64,000 bases of DNA from Eledone cirrhosa (taxonomy: Eukaryota): the NCBI GenBank assembly GCA_964016885.1, contig CAXHJY010001256.1, positions 1 through 64,000 on the forward strand, in the 5' to 3' direction. Both the position numbers and the translations under genes were made by a program. A model generated the notes under the pieces. It was not told where the DNA came from and made no database searches. It saw only the letters and a program-made list of their open reading frames with translations. Numbering within the stretch: position 1 is the stretch's first letter; each line of letters begins with the position of its first letter. Positions 48,201 through 62,512 of this stretch are shown here, piece after piece.

Positions 48201-50687
48201 ATAGCTTCTGGCTGCTCTTGAGAGAGAAAGTCTTTAAACTTTATATTACAGTATTAATGAAAAATATTATCAAAATGGCATTTGTAACATCAAATGCCTT
48301 TATATAAAATTGGAAAGTTTTAATTTAAGTAGGAACCCTTTAAAATGTTTCAAAGCAGCAGAGGCAGTTTGCAGCAAAAGGGTTAAATACCTCAGTTATT
48401 CAATAGGTTTGAGGGACATTATAATTGAACAAGTTTTAATCTTTATACTTGGTGTTCACTCATTCACATAAAAGAAAAAAAGAGGCATTTCTTTTACAAG
48501 TGGACTATAATTCAAATAAAGTTGTGTGATGGATTGACAGAACTGGTAGAGTGCCAGAAAATCCCATTGTGATATTTGTTCTGGCTCTTTACATTGAGTT
48601 TAAATCCTGGCATTCTGTCAAAAGATATAGAAGATAGTGCACTATGAACATGTAACCCATGAGTCTTGAGGCAAATAATTATAATTACTTTAGTAGTTTT
48701 CAATTGTTTACATGTGAAGGTTTACTGTTGTAATGTGGGTTTTGATTCCTAGACTGGGTAGTGCATCATTGCACTGTAAACTTCCAGCTACAGCTGGTAC
48801 TTCAGTCAACTCTGCTCGAAATGAATTGGCATCCGATCCAGAGGAGTCTTGTACTCTCAACAGGCCTTGAGACTAAAAAAATAAATAAATAAAACAGTCA
48901 CTATTATTGTTAGCTCCATTAAGGAACCAGATTCTTACATGTCTTAAGCATTTTCAGCACTATAAAAAAAAAAAAAAAAAAAAAAAAAAGACCTCACAGG
49001 GAAACAATTTATACTACAGCATCTGTACTATATAAACAGCTGTCAACTCTGCATTTTGTTTGCTTTAAATCTTAATTGGTGCCAATTGAGAATTTTAATT
49101 TCCAATCAATTCACTCCTCTTATATAACTTTTAGAAAGTATAGTTACCATGACAGAATGAAGTGACTTGCCCAAGGGCAGGTGTTTATAGCTCTCCCTTG
49201 CAGTATTAGTATATCTATTCACATTGTTTAAAAACTTTCACAAACGGTTTGGGAAAAAAAAAAAATAATAACTTACAGCAAGTCCTAAATCATTGATTTC
49301 TTCACATCTAAAAGATTTCACTTAAAATTTACAATCATAAATCTCAAGGGATAATAGACTTGCTCAATTGTAATCTCTAACTCTTCAAAACTACTATTAA
49401 TTTATGGAAACAAAAATAAAACTATTCAATTGAATGTGTGCCTATTTTTTTTTTCTTATATTTTTACACCATTTCACTAGCTAACTTGGATTTGGTAAGG
49501 AAAATTGTTCTCTAAATATAGCAACTATATAATCATGTCTACTATATGTTAACCCTTTCATTACCATATTGCAGATATATAATGTACTTGAATTAATGAA
49601 AAATTTGGAGAGATTTACTAAAATTAGTTATTTCATTATCAAGATGGTATTTGGATGATAACCTTAAGTTATGATACAAATTATTGAAAAATCTTTAAAG
49701 GGTTAATAATTAAATTGTCTTGGAACCAGTTTAGAAATTCATTTTTTCTTCAGGTTAAAAAATATAATTCATATACATATCCTTATGTTTATATGTAACT
49801 TATCAATATGGTGAAATACTAACTAGGGACACATTCTACATCTGTTTTCCATGTGGACATGGATTGAATGAGTTCCTACACCTGGCTGCACTTTCTAATG
49901 CCACCCATTTTGCAGAGTGTAGTGGGTACATTTTATTTCACAAACACTATCAATTTACATCCCTAATATATTAGTTGATTTGTTAGGAAATAAAATAGAA
50001 TTCTAGTAATGACAAAAGGCAAATATGTTAGTAACTCAAGAAATAAACTATTTTATTTCCTAACAAGTCAACTGTATCCATCACTACTGTAGGTGTCAAT
50101 TTAAGTCTTCATATTCAGACATTAAATTCTAGAATATTTTAACTATTGGAATAGTAACAGAAGTTGGTTTGTAAAAACTGAATTAGAGTTAAAGTTGAGT
50201 GAATGGAAGTGAAGTATAAAAAAAAAGAAAATATTTTAATATAGGTAAAAAAAGATTTATTTCAAAGCAAAACATTTCAGTTTATTTCACTAGACATTTA
50301 AACAATTCAAAATACATAAAATCTGAGTTGGTTAAGACAATGTTTCATAACAGATTTTAATACTTTTCAGCCCAACGTAAAACAACACAACCTCATAGCT
50401 CTTCTGCGTTTTTCTAATAATGTTTTATTTGCTGCAGAAAGATACTATTTCTGGTTTCTTATAATTGTTAGCAATAATACAGCTTAGGTGTTATATGGTC
50501 ACCCTTTATAAGAGAAAATCTTTAAAAAAATGTAAGGCAATTGTTTTTAATGTAATTTAATTGTTTATCTTAACTGACAACATTTACAGTGATTTTAGTT
50601 GTCAAATGTAATTCATGTACACTAAATATTGCACTCATTCCAAAATTTAAAAAATATTATTGTTAATTTTACTGATGTACTATTAAC

Positions 50688-53600
50688 TTGTATATTTACC
50701 ATGCGGTATTCTAATTCTATTGTATCTCTCAGTTATTTACCATGCGACCCTCAGTTCCTACCTCACAAACTCCCTCCCCCCACACCACCATAGTCTATTC
50801 GACCAATCAAACCTAGCATGCCATTTCCACTGCTGCTGCTACTACCTGCCTAACTAACTCTCTCCTCCTCTGGCGCATCCCAACACACCCTGCCATTACC
50901 CCACCACCACTGTTCTTCTAGCCCTCAATTTTCCCACCGTTATGGATGGATGAGCTGAGAATACATTTGAGCAACTCTGAATCAATAGATGAAATATGAA
51001 TCTGCGAGCTACCAAGCACCCACGTGAAGCGCCAACCCAGAGACCCTCCCCTACGAGTGTCGACAAATGCCCAAAACTCCGAGTTGGTACCATCAATGTA
51101 GGCTCAATGAAAGGAAGAGCAGGAGAAATCGTAGAAATGCTAGAGCGAAAGGAAGTTGATGTATGCTGTGTGCAAGAGACTAGATGGAGAGGAGGGTCTG
51201 CTAGAGTCCTTGTAGGAAAAAGCCAGTGCTACAAATTTTTCTGGGTGGGAAATGACGATGGGATGGGTGGTGTAGGTATACTACTAGCTGACAAGTGGGT
51301 AGATAAAGTAATCTCAGTGTACAGGGTAAATGCAAGAATCATTAAACTCAGACTAGTCCTGAATAAGACAATTACCACAATAATATCAGCTTACGCACCC
51401 CAATCGGGGCTGCCAGACGAACTTAAGGATAGGTTTTACGAGTCCCTAATACACACTACTGCTCTAACAGACGACAAGGACTTCCTAATCATTGCAGGAG
51501 ATTTTAACGGACACGTAGGTAAACACTGCGACGGCTTCAATAGAGTACATGGAGGCCATGGAGTTGGCACAAGGAATGAGGAAGGATTCAGACTTCTAGA
51601 ATTCTGCGACGCCAATGACATGTCGATATGTAACACAAACTTTAAAAAACCCGACAACCACCTGATCACCTATAGATCAGGGGAGCACTCTAGTCAGTTA
51701 GATTTTATCCTCATCAGAGGACGTGACAGATGGACGGTCGTAAACACAAAAGCCTTCCCTAGTGAGGAATGTACATCCCAACATAGCTTAGTTGTCAGCG
51801 ACCTCACGGTCAGAACTAGACGAGCCCTGAAACAGAGGCCAACCTGGAGAAGAAAGATCTGGAAGCTGAAAGTCCCCTCAACCAGTAACAGATTTAAAGA
51901 TATTTTACTCAACGCCTACGACAGTAAAGAAGAACAGATAGAGACATTTAACGTAGAAGAGAACTGGGAGTTCCTAAAAAATAACTTACTAGAGGCGACG
52001 GATGAGGTTTGTGGCTGGAGTAAGACCTCAAGCAGGAGGAGAGTGACTTGGTGGTGGAACAATAAGGTAGATGAAGCAGTCAAGGCCAAGAGACAGGCAT
52101 GGAAAGAATGGAAGAACGGGGGGGGAGCAGGGTACATTACATAGAGACCAAGAGGGAAGCTAGGCGACAAGTATACTTAGCTAGGAGGGAAGCAGAGGAT
52201 AGAAAATTCAAGCATGTTTTACAACGCGAGGACCAGAAACAGGAGGTATTCAAGATTGCGAGGCAGTGTGTCAGAGATAGTTGTGATGTCATTGGAGAGA
52301 AGTGTATCCGGAATGATAAAGGTGAGCTTGCCCTCACAAGTGCTGAGAAGAAAGATGCATGGAAGAGTCATTATGATAGATTACTAAATGAGGAGAATGC
52401 ATGTGAAGAAGAGACCCTACCCCAGGTAGACCCTATAGAGGGGCCAGCAGTACAAGTCAGCGGCAGCGTAGTAAGTAAGGCAATCAGAGATATGAAGATG
52501 GGGAAGGCAACCGGTCCATCGGGTATAGCTGCCGAGATGCTGAAGGCATCTGGGTCTGTAGGTCACACTATAACCACACGTATCGTTAACCAGGTAATAC
52601 TAGAAGGGGCCATACCAAAAGATTGGTGCAGTAGCATCATTGTCAACTGCTACAAAGGTAAAGGCGATGCACTAGATAGAGGAAACTATAGAGGTATAAA
52701 GTTGATGGACCAGGTCATGAAAGTAACAGAAAGAGTTATAGCACAGCTGATTAGGGACCGGGTGAATATAGACGAGATGCAATTTGGGTTTGTACCAGGA
52801 AGAGGCACCACTGATGCCCTCTTCCTTGTGAGGCAATTACAGGAAAAGTACCTAGCTAAAAGTAAGCCACTCTACTTGGCATTTGTCGACCTTGAGAAAG
52901 CCTTTGACAGAGTTCCACGTGCAGTAATCTGGTGGGCTCTTAGAAAACTAGGAGTAGATGAATGGCTTGTGAAAGCGGTACAAGCCATGTATAGGGGAGC
53001 AGTCAGCAAAGTTAGGATTAGCAATGAGTATAGCGAGGAATTTAGCGTACAGGTTGGGGTCCACCAGGGCTCTGTTCTTAGCCCTCTCCTGTTCATCATA
53101 GTCCTGCAGGCAATAACGGAGGAGTTTAAGACCGGATGCCCATGGGAACTCCTATATGCTGATGACCTCGCACTCATAGCTGAATCTATGGTAGAACTAG
53201 AGAATAAATTCCAAACCTGGAAGCAGGGACGAGAGAGAAAGGGCCTCAAAGTCAACATGACAAAGACTAAGGTCCTTGTAAGTAGACGAGAAAACAGAAC
53301 CCAGATCCCCTCAGGGAAATGGCCTTGCTCAGTATGTAGGAAAGGTGTAGGTAGGAACTCCATTCTCTGCCCCAAATGCAAACAATGGGTACACAAGAGA
53401 TGTAGTGGGATCTCAGGAAGCTTAATTAAGAATGTAGGATTCACATGCAGCAGCTGTGCTGAAACAGCAAGCAAACAGCCACAGGAAACAAGTACCACCA
53501 ATCTCTGGGAGGGCCCTGTAGAAACAGTAGACAGCTTCTGCTACCTAGGTGACCGAATTAGCAACGGAGGTGGGTGCTCAGAAAGTACAATAACTAGGGT

Positions 53601-54405
53601 AAGAACGGGATGGAAGAAGTTTAGGGAACTACTACCACTGCTAGCTGCAAAAGGCTTCTCCCTCAGAATGAAAGGCAGACTGTATGATGCGTGTATCCGA
53701 ACAGCAATGTTGCATGGTAGTGAGACCTGGGCGCTGAAGGTGGAAGACTTACGTAGATTAGAGAGAAACGAAGCCTGCATGCTCCGATGGATGTGTAACA
53801 GTAATATACGTGAACGACAAAGCATAAAGGAATTGAGAGAGAGACTGAGCATAAGAGGAATCAAATGCTGCGTGCAGGAGAGGCGGTTACGCTGGTATGG
53901 ACATGTGATGCGTATGAAGGATGACAGCTGCATAAAAAGGTGCAGAGCACTAGAAGTTGATGGAAACCGCGGAGTGGGGAGACCCAAGATGACTTGGGAT
54001 GAGGTGATAAAAGCCGACCTTACCCAACTACACCTCTCAAAGACAATGACACACGACCGTGACTTCTGGCGTCACGCAGTAATACAGGGTACCCGACCTC
54101 CCATGGGTACATGCTGAAGCATATAAACAATATGCCCCCACCGCAAGGTGGTCGCGGAGGTGCCACGGCAAAAAAGCACCCAGCCCACACTGTAAAGTGG
54201 ACGTGTAGGCACCACGAAAAAGCACCCAGCACTCACTGTAAATGAGGTTGGTGTTAGGAAGGGCATCCAGCTGTAGAAATCAAGCCAGATCAGTTCCTGT
54301 ATGAGCAAGGCATGGTCAGCCGACCAGACACTGCCCACAACAGGACAACCCATCTAACCCATGCTAGCGTGGAAGAACGGACGTAAAACGGTGATGATGA
54401 TGATG
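50688..54405 (+). mobile_element. Apparently full-length RTE LINE family A (APE endonuclease + RT + PHD-like finger), one frameshift
   Basis: APE motifs GTINVGS, CVQETRW, SAYAPQ, GDFNGHVG, SQLDFIL. RT motifs MQFGF, FVDLEKAFDRV, GVHQGSVLSP, LYADDL. 5' UTR, (GAT)n tail, candidate TSD ATTAAC (50682-50687 / 54406-54411). Confidence 0.95.
50996..54117 (+). pseudogene. RTE ORF (~1040 aa if repaired), split by a frameshift in a G8 run at 52118-52125
   Basis: Track ORFs 50996-52144 and 52099-54117 join at WKEWKNGG|SRVHY; no other stop. Confidence 0.88.
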
Positions 54406-55089
54406 ATTAACCAATGCCAAAGAATCAAAGTTTGTCTGAATATTAAAGTGTAATAATTGAATGTTGTAAAACTGACAAATCCATTGAAACAAGGATGGTA
54501 TAAGATTTAAAAAATACTGGAGAAATTTTAAGCAGTTCATCTAGCATTTAAACTGACCGTATCTGGCCAGAATTCTCACCTCTTTCTGGTCAAACCAGCT
54601 GCTCATACTTATGTTAAGTTATTGTTCTCTAAATAATATCAAAATCTCAGATTCAATATTATGTGAGATAAAGTGTTTACTGTGGAAATACAATAGTAAA
54701 TATTGAGTGTTTGTTATTCCAGAAAACTACCCAAGTATTTCAGTTGACACCTTATAACATATACTATTGAATGTCTGTTTTTGTGAATTAACCTATCAGA
54801 TTAGAATGGATCTCCATCTGTGTGTCAGTTAATAAATGGAACAATCTACTCATGAAATTAACATTTAAGTGGCTGGGCATTCAGCAGAAATGCACCCTTG
54901 ATATAATTAATTCTCAGGGAGATTTCAGAGTGGTGCAGTAGGACAAGGCTGGTCATTTGAATTACAGGTACCGTGCATCAGACAAGCTTCCAAACAGCTT
55001 CTGTCTACCCAATTTCACCAAGGCTATGGTAAATGACTCTTGCAGTACTTAGTCTTACACATTTCTGAAATCATCCATTGTCTAAAATC

Positions 55090-55530
55090 CTTATATTGAC
55101 ATGACTTGTATGGAAAAATACTACCAAAGAAGGTTAAGTTCAAGCACATGAACCTGTATACATATATATGGCAATGGCACAGCAAACCTACATATAAATA
55201 TGGCAATGACAAAGATCCCAAAGCAACAAAGAGATTCTATGCAATTGCCCAAACACAGAGACATGCCTACTTGACAAATGTTTGGCAAACAACATTGATG
55301 CTATACCAATGTGTGATGTTGTATACAAACAGCTTCAATAGTCGGTGGTAGACACACTTTCAGAAGACTGGATAAGGCCAACCAAACAGGAGCAAGTGGG
55401 TGCAAAAGCCTCAAGTATCTGATCAACCAGTTCCAACTGTCCGACAGGTACTGACTAGATTTCCCTAATACACCATTTCAACCTCGACCAACCACACAGG
55501 GTCATCTAGATCATATATAGATAGGATTCT
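55090..55530 (+). mobile_element. Possible Penelope-like element remnant
   Basis: Translation CNCPNTETCLLDKCL resembles the Cys-rich linker before the PLE GIY-YIG domain; very decayed. Confidence 0.35.
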
Positions 55531-55959
55531 CATTAATATAATAGATAGGAATAGTGTAGGCTGTCCACTTTTTCAAAGTGTTGTCTATTCAAATTACAAG
55601 TTTGTGAACTGTATGGTCGACCTAGATAAGACGCGAAGGTTAGGACCTGATTACGAGAAGCTGAACATGTTTCCGGGACATAAAGCTTACAGGTACGAGT
55701 AAATTTAGTTAAGTGAAAGTTGACAGGGGGGGGGGGGGGGGGGTCTCTCAAAAGAGAGTAATTTCGATAGGGTTTAGTGAAGTAGCATTAGAGAAAAATA
55801 GAAGAGAGGGGTAGCTTGTAGCTAAATTAGACGAGGCTATTTGCAGTGGCATTGCAACTGATGTGCTAGTGGCAAGAATGGCATTAGACCATTTCTTCAA
55901 TGCGAAACATAGGTTGCATTGACAGAGCTAAGGCACGTGCCATAAGAAACAAGGGAACT

Positions 55960-56070
55960 AAAGCTTCTGCAATACATCAGAGAGGGTAGGGTGTAAACCT
56001 AGCTTCAGTGGGGCTCTGATCAATTTAAATTAATCGAAAGCCTTCGATAGAGTCGACCATAGATGCTTAA
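55960..56070 (+). mobile_element. L1/Tx1-like RT fragment
   Basis: ALINLN*SKAFDRVDHR. Confidence 0.45.
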
Positions 56071-57997
56071 TTTAAGTAAGAACTAAGTTTCTTTCCACTT
56101 CCTCCCAATACCAACATTTTGTTTTATATGATACATTCTTTATTTGTAGCAACCTGCCTGATTGCTGCAATAACCCACTCTCCCACCTGTCTAACACCTA
56201 CTTCCTTATCTGCCCCCACCCCCCTTCTGGTCATCTATTACCTTCCTATATGCCTCAAACTCATGAGACTGCACAGAGTTGACAGACTCTGCAAGCCGTG
56301 GAATAAGGCACAGATAAAGTTAATTTGAGAAGAGTAATCACTATGAAAGTTTTCTGAATATTGCACCAACAGTCTGCCTACACAAAGCAAGGAACCAACT
56401 ATATCTGATGCATTATTTTCTTAAACATAAGGACACTGAGCCTGGCAAAAACCAAATGCAAGGTAACTGATTCATTCAATGTTTTTTTAAACATGCCTTT
56501 GCAACTGAGCATGTTCACAAATAGAGGCTTGTGAAGTGGCACTTAAATATAGGGGCCAGCTACAAAATTTTGGCCGACAACCTAACATAAGCAGTTGCTG
56601 AACAGCAGAAGCTATCCAAGATTACAGTGGGTTTGTTGGGGGACCTGCTTCTCTTTAAAATGCTGCAATGTTCTACAACAGGGTCTTGACAAGGCAAGTG
56701 CAGACCACCTTAAATAAACCTGTCAATCTGAGGGGCAGCAACATTAACAGGTTTCATAACAAATCTACATGTAAAAAAGGAATTGGGCACAATATGTATG
56801 TATAATTTATTGCAGGAAATGTATGGGCCATTATCCTCTCCAGTTGCACCTCTTTGCACACAGGATGGCAAAGAATTGCTTAGGGATCAAAAGAACATTC
56901 TTGTCAGGTGATGCAAATAGTTTGACAGACTTTTGAATAGGCCCTCTGATCTCCATGGGGACATTGTCAACTGTGCATTGTAGGGTGTGCAGGAAAGTGT
57001 GCCACAGTTGGTGGACTGAAATGTCATTTGAAAGTGCACCAAAACAAGATCATAACGTCTACTGAGAGAGGCCTCCATTGTTGCAAGAATGCAAGTCCTA
57101 GCAGGACCAAAAAGCCACATCTGTGCTGCTCATGCTAAGATGTCAAGCGATGGCATTACTCGAAATCAAGTTGCATGCATGTCCAAGAACCTCTATCAAG
57201 TAATCGATAGAAACAAGTTTCATAAATGAAAGTCCAAAAAGATTACACTGGAAACAGTTCAGAAGAGAGGAAACATCAATAAATTGAACTTGTGCCAATT
57301 TCTAAGAAAACATTACCGAGTCCTTTAACTGGCATGAATAACACTAAAATATCTGAATTTTGAATTTAAGTACAAAGAAATGTGTATATTAAATATTTAT
57401 TAAAATAGATGGATTATCATGGTCATCACCATTGGTTTTATATGTTTTCCTATGTTAGTATTAAACAGCTATATAATACAGAAGCATTTGTCACAGGTAC
57501 TGAATTAGTAAAGTCATCAGAGCCTTGTCAGATTAAAAACTCAGTATTTGTTTTGGCTTTACACTATAGGAACATTATCAAGAGTAATCTGTCATGCTAT
57601 TCAAAAATAGGAGGTTGATTGAGGTGTTCATAATGTTCACACCTTTTTCTGAGTAAAGTTTTGGCTGATGTACATTCATCTCCCTAGGTAGCACCTTATC
57701 CAGATTTAACGTACTTGATGAGGAAGCCAGTTATAGATTTATGATTATTTTCAGTTATAGATGCATATGGAAAGCTTGAGTCAAGGTCTGGTTGAAATCC
57801 AACAAAATTACCAACAAAAGTATAAGGCATGTATCTTGACTCTTGTATGGATGCGAGGCTTGGATGACCTACAGCAGGTATATCCAGCACTTTGAGTGCT
57901 TCCATTAGCATTGCCTACATTCTCTAAAAATTTCAGGGCAATCTAATGTGCCTGATATGAGAGGACAGCAGCTGGCCAATATGATGAGTATTAAATC

Positions 57998-58520
57998 TGT
58001 AGCGGAACTATTTCATACATCACGACAACAATGTGTTCATACGTGATTTGATGAAACAAACCAATCATTTTAGATCACGTATGATTACATTGTTTCCGCC
58101 TCATTATAAAACCTGCTGGTCCACCAGAGAGAGAACTCGCTTGGACAGCGAGGTGAAAATACCTACCACAAGATAACTCTGATCTTCCTATAATCCAGCG
58201 GTGAGAGAATTGAACATTTATCAACAAAGCATTTCCCTCATTTCTTGAATTGTTCTACAGCCTATCTGCTATACGAGATATTCTATTGTCTGTACAGAAA
58301 CTCAGCTTTTGACAATAAATTTATATTTATAGAGAATTTAGTGTTAAAGCGACATTTATTTATACCATGGATGTCAGAAGCATGTCACTGCAAGTACGAA
58401 GCAACAAACACATCGACTAAGGTATTTTCTTATAATTGTTTGTCATAAGAAGGTCCTTGGGTGTTCCAACTTGTGGTTGTAAAAAGGTATAAGTAATTAT
58501 TTAACTCATTCTTCCTATAA
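57998..58520 (+). repeat. Unclassified ~500-bp interspersed repeat, copy 1
   Basis: Homologous to reverse complement of 62993-63493. Confidence 0.85.
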
Positions 58521-58739
58521 GTTCAAACTGGTGCAGGGCAAATGATCCCACTGCATGCTGCGAAAATGGTATAAGATCTGGCTAAATGACACATAAAAAG
58601 TTCAACATCAATACATATGAGAAGATATAGAGGAAGAATGGACCTCAGTACTGAACTGGTATATTTTTTTATCAACCCCAAAACAATGAAAGACAAAGTT
58701 GACTCAATGGGGTTTTGCACTCTGAGATCTAGAAAGAAT

Positions 58740-59653
58740 GTACCTTGAAATCAAAAGGACAGATCCTGAAATCTATAGCTCTTTCTTACAATCAGACCTG
58801 GACACGATGCAGCAATGGATCGCAGACTGGCAGCCGAAGCTGACTGTAGACAGGTGTACCACCATGCATTTTGGGAGGAAAAGTCCAGCGTCCACAACAC
58901 TGATATCAAGAAGTCCTCTTGTGAACGTGACCTGGGCATTACTGTCAGCAGTGATTTGCGTTGGACAAAGCACATCTCTAAAATTGTCAAGAAGGCCGAG
59001 GGTGTCTTGGCATCAAACAGCAAGACCTTTGTTAGCCGCTCTCCAGCCATCTATTTAAAGCTCTATACAGCTAAGGTACAACCACACTTGGAATACACAT
59101 CATCAGTCTGGAAACCCAATCTTGCTCAGAACATTGAAATCCTGGAAACTGTTCACAGACGTGCAGCCAAGCACATACCCTCCATCAGACACCTACCATA
59201 CTCTGAACGCCTTGCTTCCCTGGGCATTGAAGCTCCAACATCTGGCAATGGACTTAGTAAACACCCACAAAATTATTAACCATCTCGCCAACAACAAACC
59301 TGAGCACCTTTTTGATCTCCATGTGTCTAACACACATGGACATGCCTACAAAGTCAGAAAACAGCACAGCTCCCATGACTTTCGGAAACATTTTTTCGCA
59401 CTTAGAGTTCCTGAAGCATGGAACAAATTGCCTGCGTCAGTTGTTAGCTGCCGAGACACTGCATCCTTTATGCTTCCCGAAATTCGCCAAAACTACACCT
59501 GATGTCCCTCTTCCATACACATGCACACGTGTATATCATGGCTCATGCACTGTTCATTTTCCCGACGTTTGTACATTACCATATGTACTATACATACACT
59601 TTTGATGAGTTGTAGTGTACCTGAGTACTGTACACAATATTATTATTATTATT
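58740..59653 (+). mobile_element. 5'-truncated, frameshifted CR1 LINE
   Basis: YLEIKRTDPEIYSSFLQSDLD...; same family as 1818-2963; (ATT)n tail. Confidence 0.9.
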
Positions 59654-61939
59654 AATACAACAAAGCATTTTATCCAATGTTCTAATGACTCTTCCAGTTT
59701 GTCATCTCAGCAATAACTATACAAGTACTTTTATTTTGGGAGAGTCATGTTGTCAATAAGACCATTTGCACCAGTTGAATTTTACTTCAATTTTACTAAT
59801 TAATCCACCAATCAGTTGATTAATCATTTGTCAAAGTCTTTTCATTACAGCCTGTAACCTTATCAATATTGCCTTCTGTATCCGTTCATGCATAGATGCT
59901 CCATCTTAGGAGAGGGGGAAGGTAAAAGAGAAAGGAAAGTAGGAGAGCACGTGAAAGTCAAACAGTAGGAGCTTGGAGCTTGTGTGTATGGGATTAACAC
60001 ATGTGGCATGTGATAATGTGTGTGAAACAAGGTAAAACACCAACATTGCCAAACTGACAGATGTAAAAAACAAAGTCTAATGCTTATTCCTGTAGTATGT
60101 GAAAATTCCACAAAGGCGATCCACAACCACACTGGTGTAAATCATCATTAGAGTCATTTGAAAAGCTTCATACTAATGGTAGCTGGTGAGATTTTGGAAT
60201 ACAAGGAGAATAAAAACCAGGACTAGTTCTAATGCCATAAAGAAAATATGCAATCTGGTGCAAGAAAAGAACAGCTTTTTGTGCTTGGCTTAGTAACCAA
60301 ACTGACTGTTACTTGCAAAGGAGGTAGATTAAGCTGAAGATAAATGAGAAAAAAAAGAATAGTGAGAGGAGAAAATTGCTGAAATACAGGTGTATGATAT
60401 CTGAGGTTACACTAAAAGATTTTTCTCAGGAGATACGCTATTGCCTCCTCCATATAGGAAAATTAATCACAAAATCTGTAGAGACCCAGCATTGCTGGCA
60501 AGAACATTTTGGTTAAGACTGAAGCAGGATCCAATATCTTCAATAGACCTGAACAAAGACCATTTTTTAGCACGTTACACCTGTTCCCACTTATATCAAC
60601 ATGTTCGCAGCTATGTAGCAACTCAAGAACCACTGTGCAACAAGACCAGATGACATTCTAAGCTGCTGAAGACAGGAGGGTTGAAGCTACAAGCATGTTT
60701 CATCAATCTAGAAAAATCTGTATAAATGTAAGAACTGCTATAAGATTTCAAAAGTGCCAATATTGCCCTCCCATACAATTGCCATGTACTGACCTACTAC
60801 AGTTAGACATGGCCAATTCATTGTAGCCACTATATAGAGTTGAAGTTCTTTCACTTAAAAGTACTGTTTGATACTCAACATTGGTTGGCAAGACAGTATC
60901 AAGTGTGATGGAATTACTAGCATGGAAGTAACCCTTGACAAATCAAAGTTGTACAAGATGAGACCCTAAAACACTGCAAAATTCCATTGTCCAGCCAGAA
61001 AGATGCAACAAAGGACTGGCAAGGCAGCCAAGGTATTTGATGTGTTAGGTTGAAACTTCAAATGCATTCTCCAATGGATCATTCTAACCTTGTCTTATTA
61101 AAAAAAACAAAAAAAAAAACAACAAAAGACAAATACTACTCATATCAAGAAAACATTGCACTACACTACTCTTAACTCAACATGGAGAGCTTGCAATTAG
61201 CATATGTACCAAATGTGTGGGCTCTATCCTATCACTGAGGATCTTGCAAATACACATTCTAGCAAGAATTGTATCTAAAAGACTGGCCCTTCTCTTTAGA
61301 ACCAGTAAATACTTCAGCTGCCAACAACTTTTGATCCATAGTGGATTACTGCTCACACATCTCAGACAGTGCTACATAAAAACACTTTGTACGCCATCAA
61401 CATTACGATCAAATAAACCCTTTCACTGATGCAGCTAAAAAGAAGGCCATGCTTTAGCATGGACCTTGGTGAAAAGGACAAAACGTTGGCCCAGGCATGG
61501 AAGCTTATTAAACAAGAGCAAACCCGAGTCAACTTAATCACGGCAAAGGCCATAGAAGCAGCAAAGAAGAGAATGGTGACATTTAGATGCATTTCAGTGC
61601 AGACTCAAAGTAGCAATCATTCTCCAAGCTGAATTTGAATCTGCACTGAACTACATCAGAGATGACACCGAGTACATAGCGAAGGGGCAGACAATACAGC
61701 ACCATCTTGGTGTTTAAATCTGAAACCCTTGCTGTGAAACGGTGACCCCTTGCAAAACCAGCAAAGTCATCATGTACTCCTTCCACATAGAAAAAAAAAG
61801 AGCTTGAGTCTGCGTTCCTATGATTCCACCAGGACGACTTGTGGTGGTTCCTGGGATGCACGATTGTGGATGAGACAGATGCCATCCTGATAAAAGCAAC
61901 AAGAACAGCAAGGGAGGACTGGTCCAGGGTTTATTCCAA

Positions 61940-62512
61940 TACCTAGGTGATCAGATTAGCAAGGGAGGAGGATGCTCCAAGGCCATAGTATCTAGAATAA
62001 AGACAGGATGGAAGAAGTTTAGGGAGCTGCTTCCTCTGTTGACAATGATGGGTTTCTCACTATGAACGAAAGGTCGGTTATATGGTGCCTGTGTGAGATG
62101 CACAATGTTGCATGGTAGTGAGACATGGGCAGCAACTGCGGAGAATATGCGATGACTGGAGAGAAATGAAGCAAGCATGTTCCGATGGATGTGCAATGTC
62201 AATGTGCATGAACGATCAAGCATAGAGTTGAAAGTGAAACTGTACAAGAGAGAAACTGTAGTGTGCAGGAGAGAGATTGCATTGGTATGGCCATGTGATG
62301 TGCATGGAAGATGATTGCTGGGTGAAGAAGTGCCAAGAAATCCCGGTGGAAGGAAGACCATGAAAAACATGGGCGGAGGTGGTGAGGGCTAACCTCAGAT
62401 CGCTGAAGCTCACAGAGATGACGAGGTATTGTGATGAATGGAGAAACGCTGTGCTGAAGAGGATTCGTTCCCCCCCCCCCTTGCAAGCAGACGTAAAGTG
62501 ATGATCATGATG
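61940..62512 (+). mobile_element. Old RTE remnant related to family A
   Basis: [33 protein letters not shown] with stops. Confidence 0.85.

Noticed and set aside
48963-48989. A-run as OCRL poly(A) site or processed pseudogene tail
   Set aside because: Genomic homopolymer with no associated retrocopy; the 3' UTR end cannot be fixed from sequence alone.
52118-52125. Programmed -1 frameshift between the RTE APE and RT ORFs
   Set aside because: RTE elements encode APE and RT in one ORF; a homopolymer indel or sequencing error is more parsimonious.
52872-54353. Antisense ORFs repeated in every RTE copy
   Set aside because: Shadow frames of near-identical copies; no independent evidence of coding.
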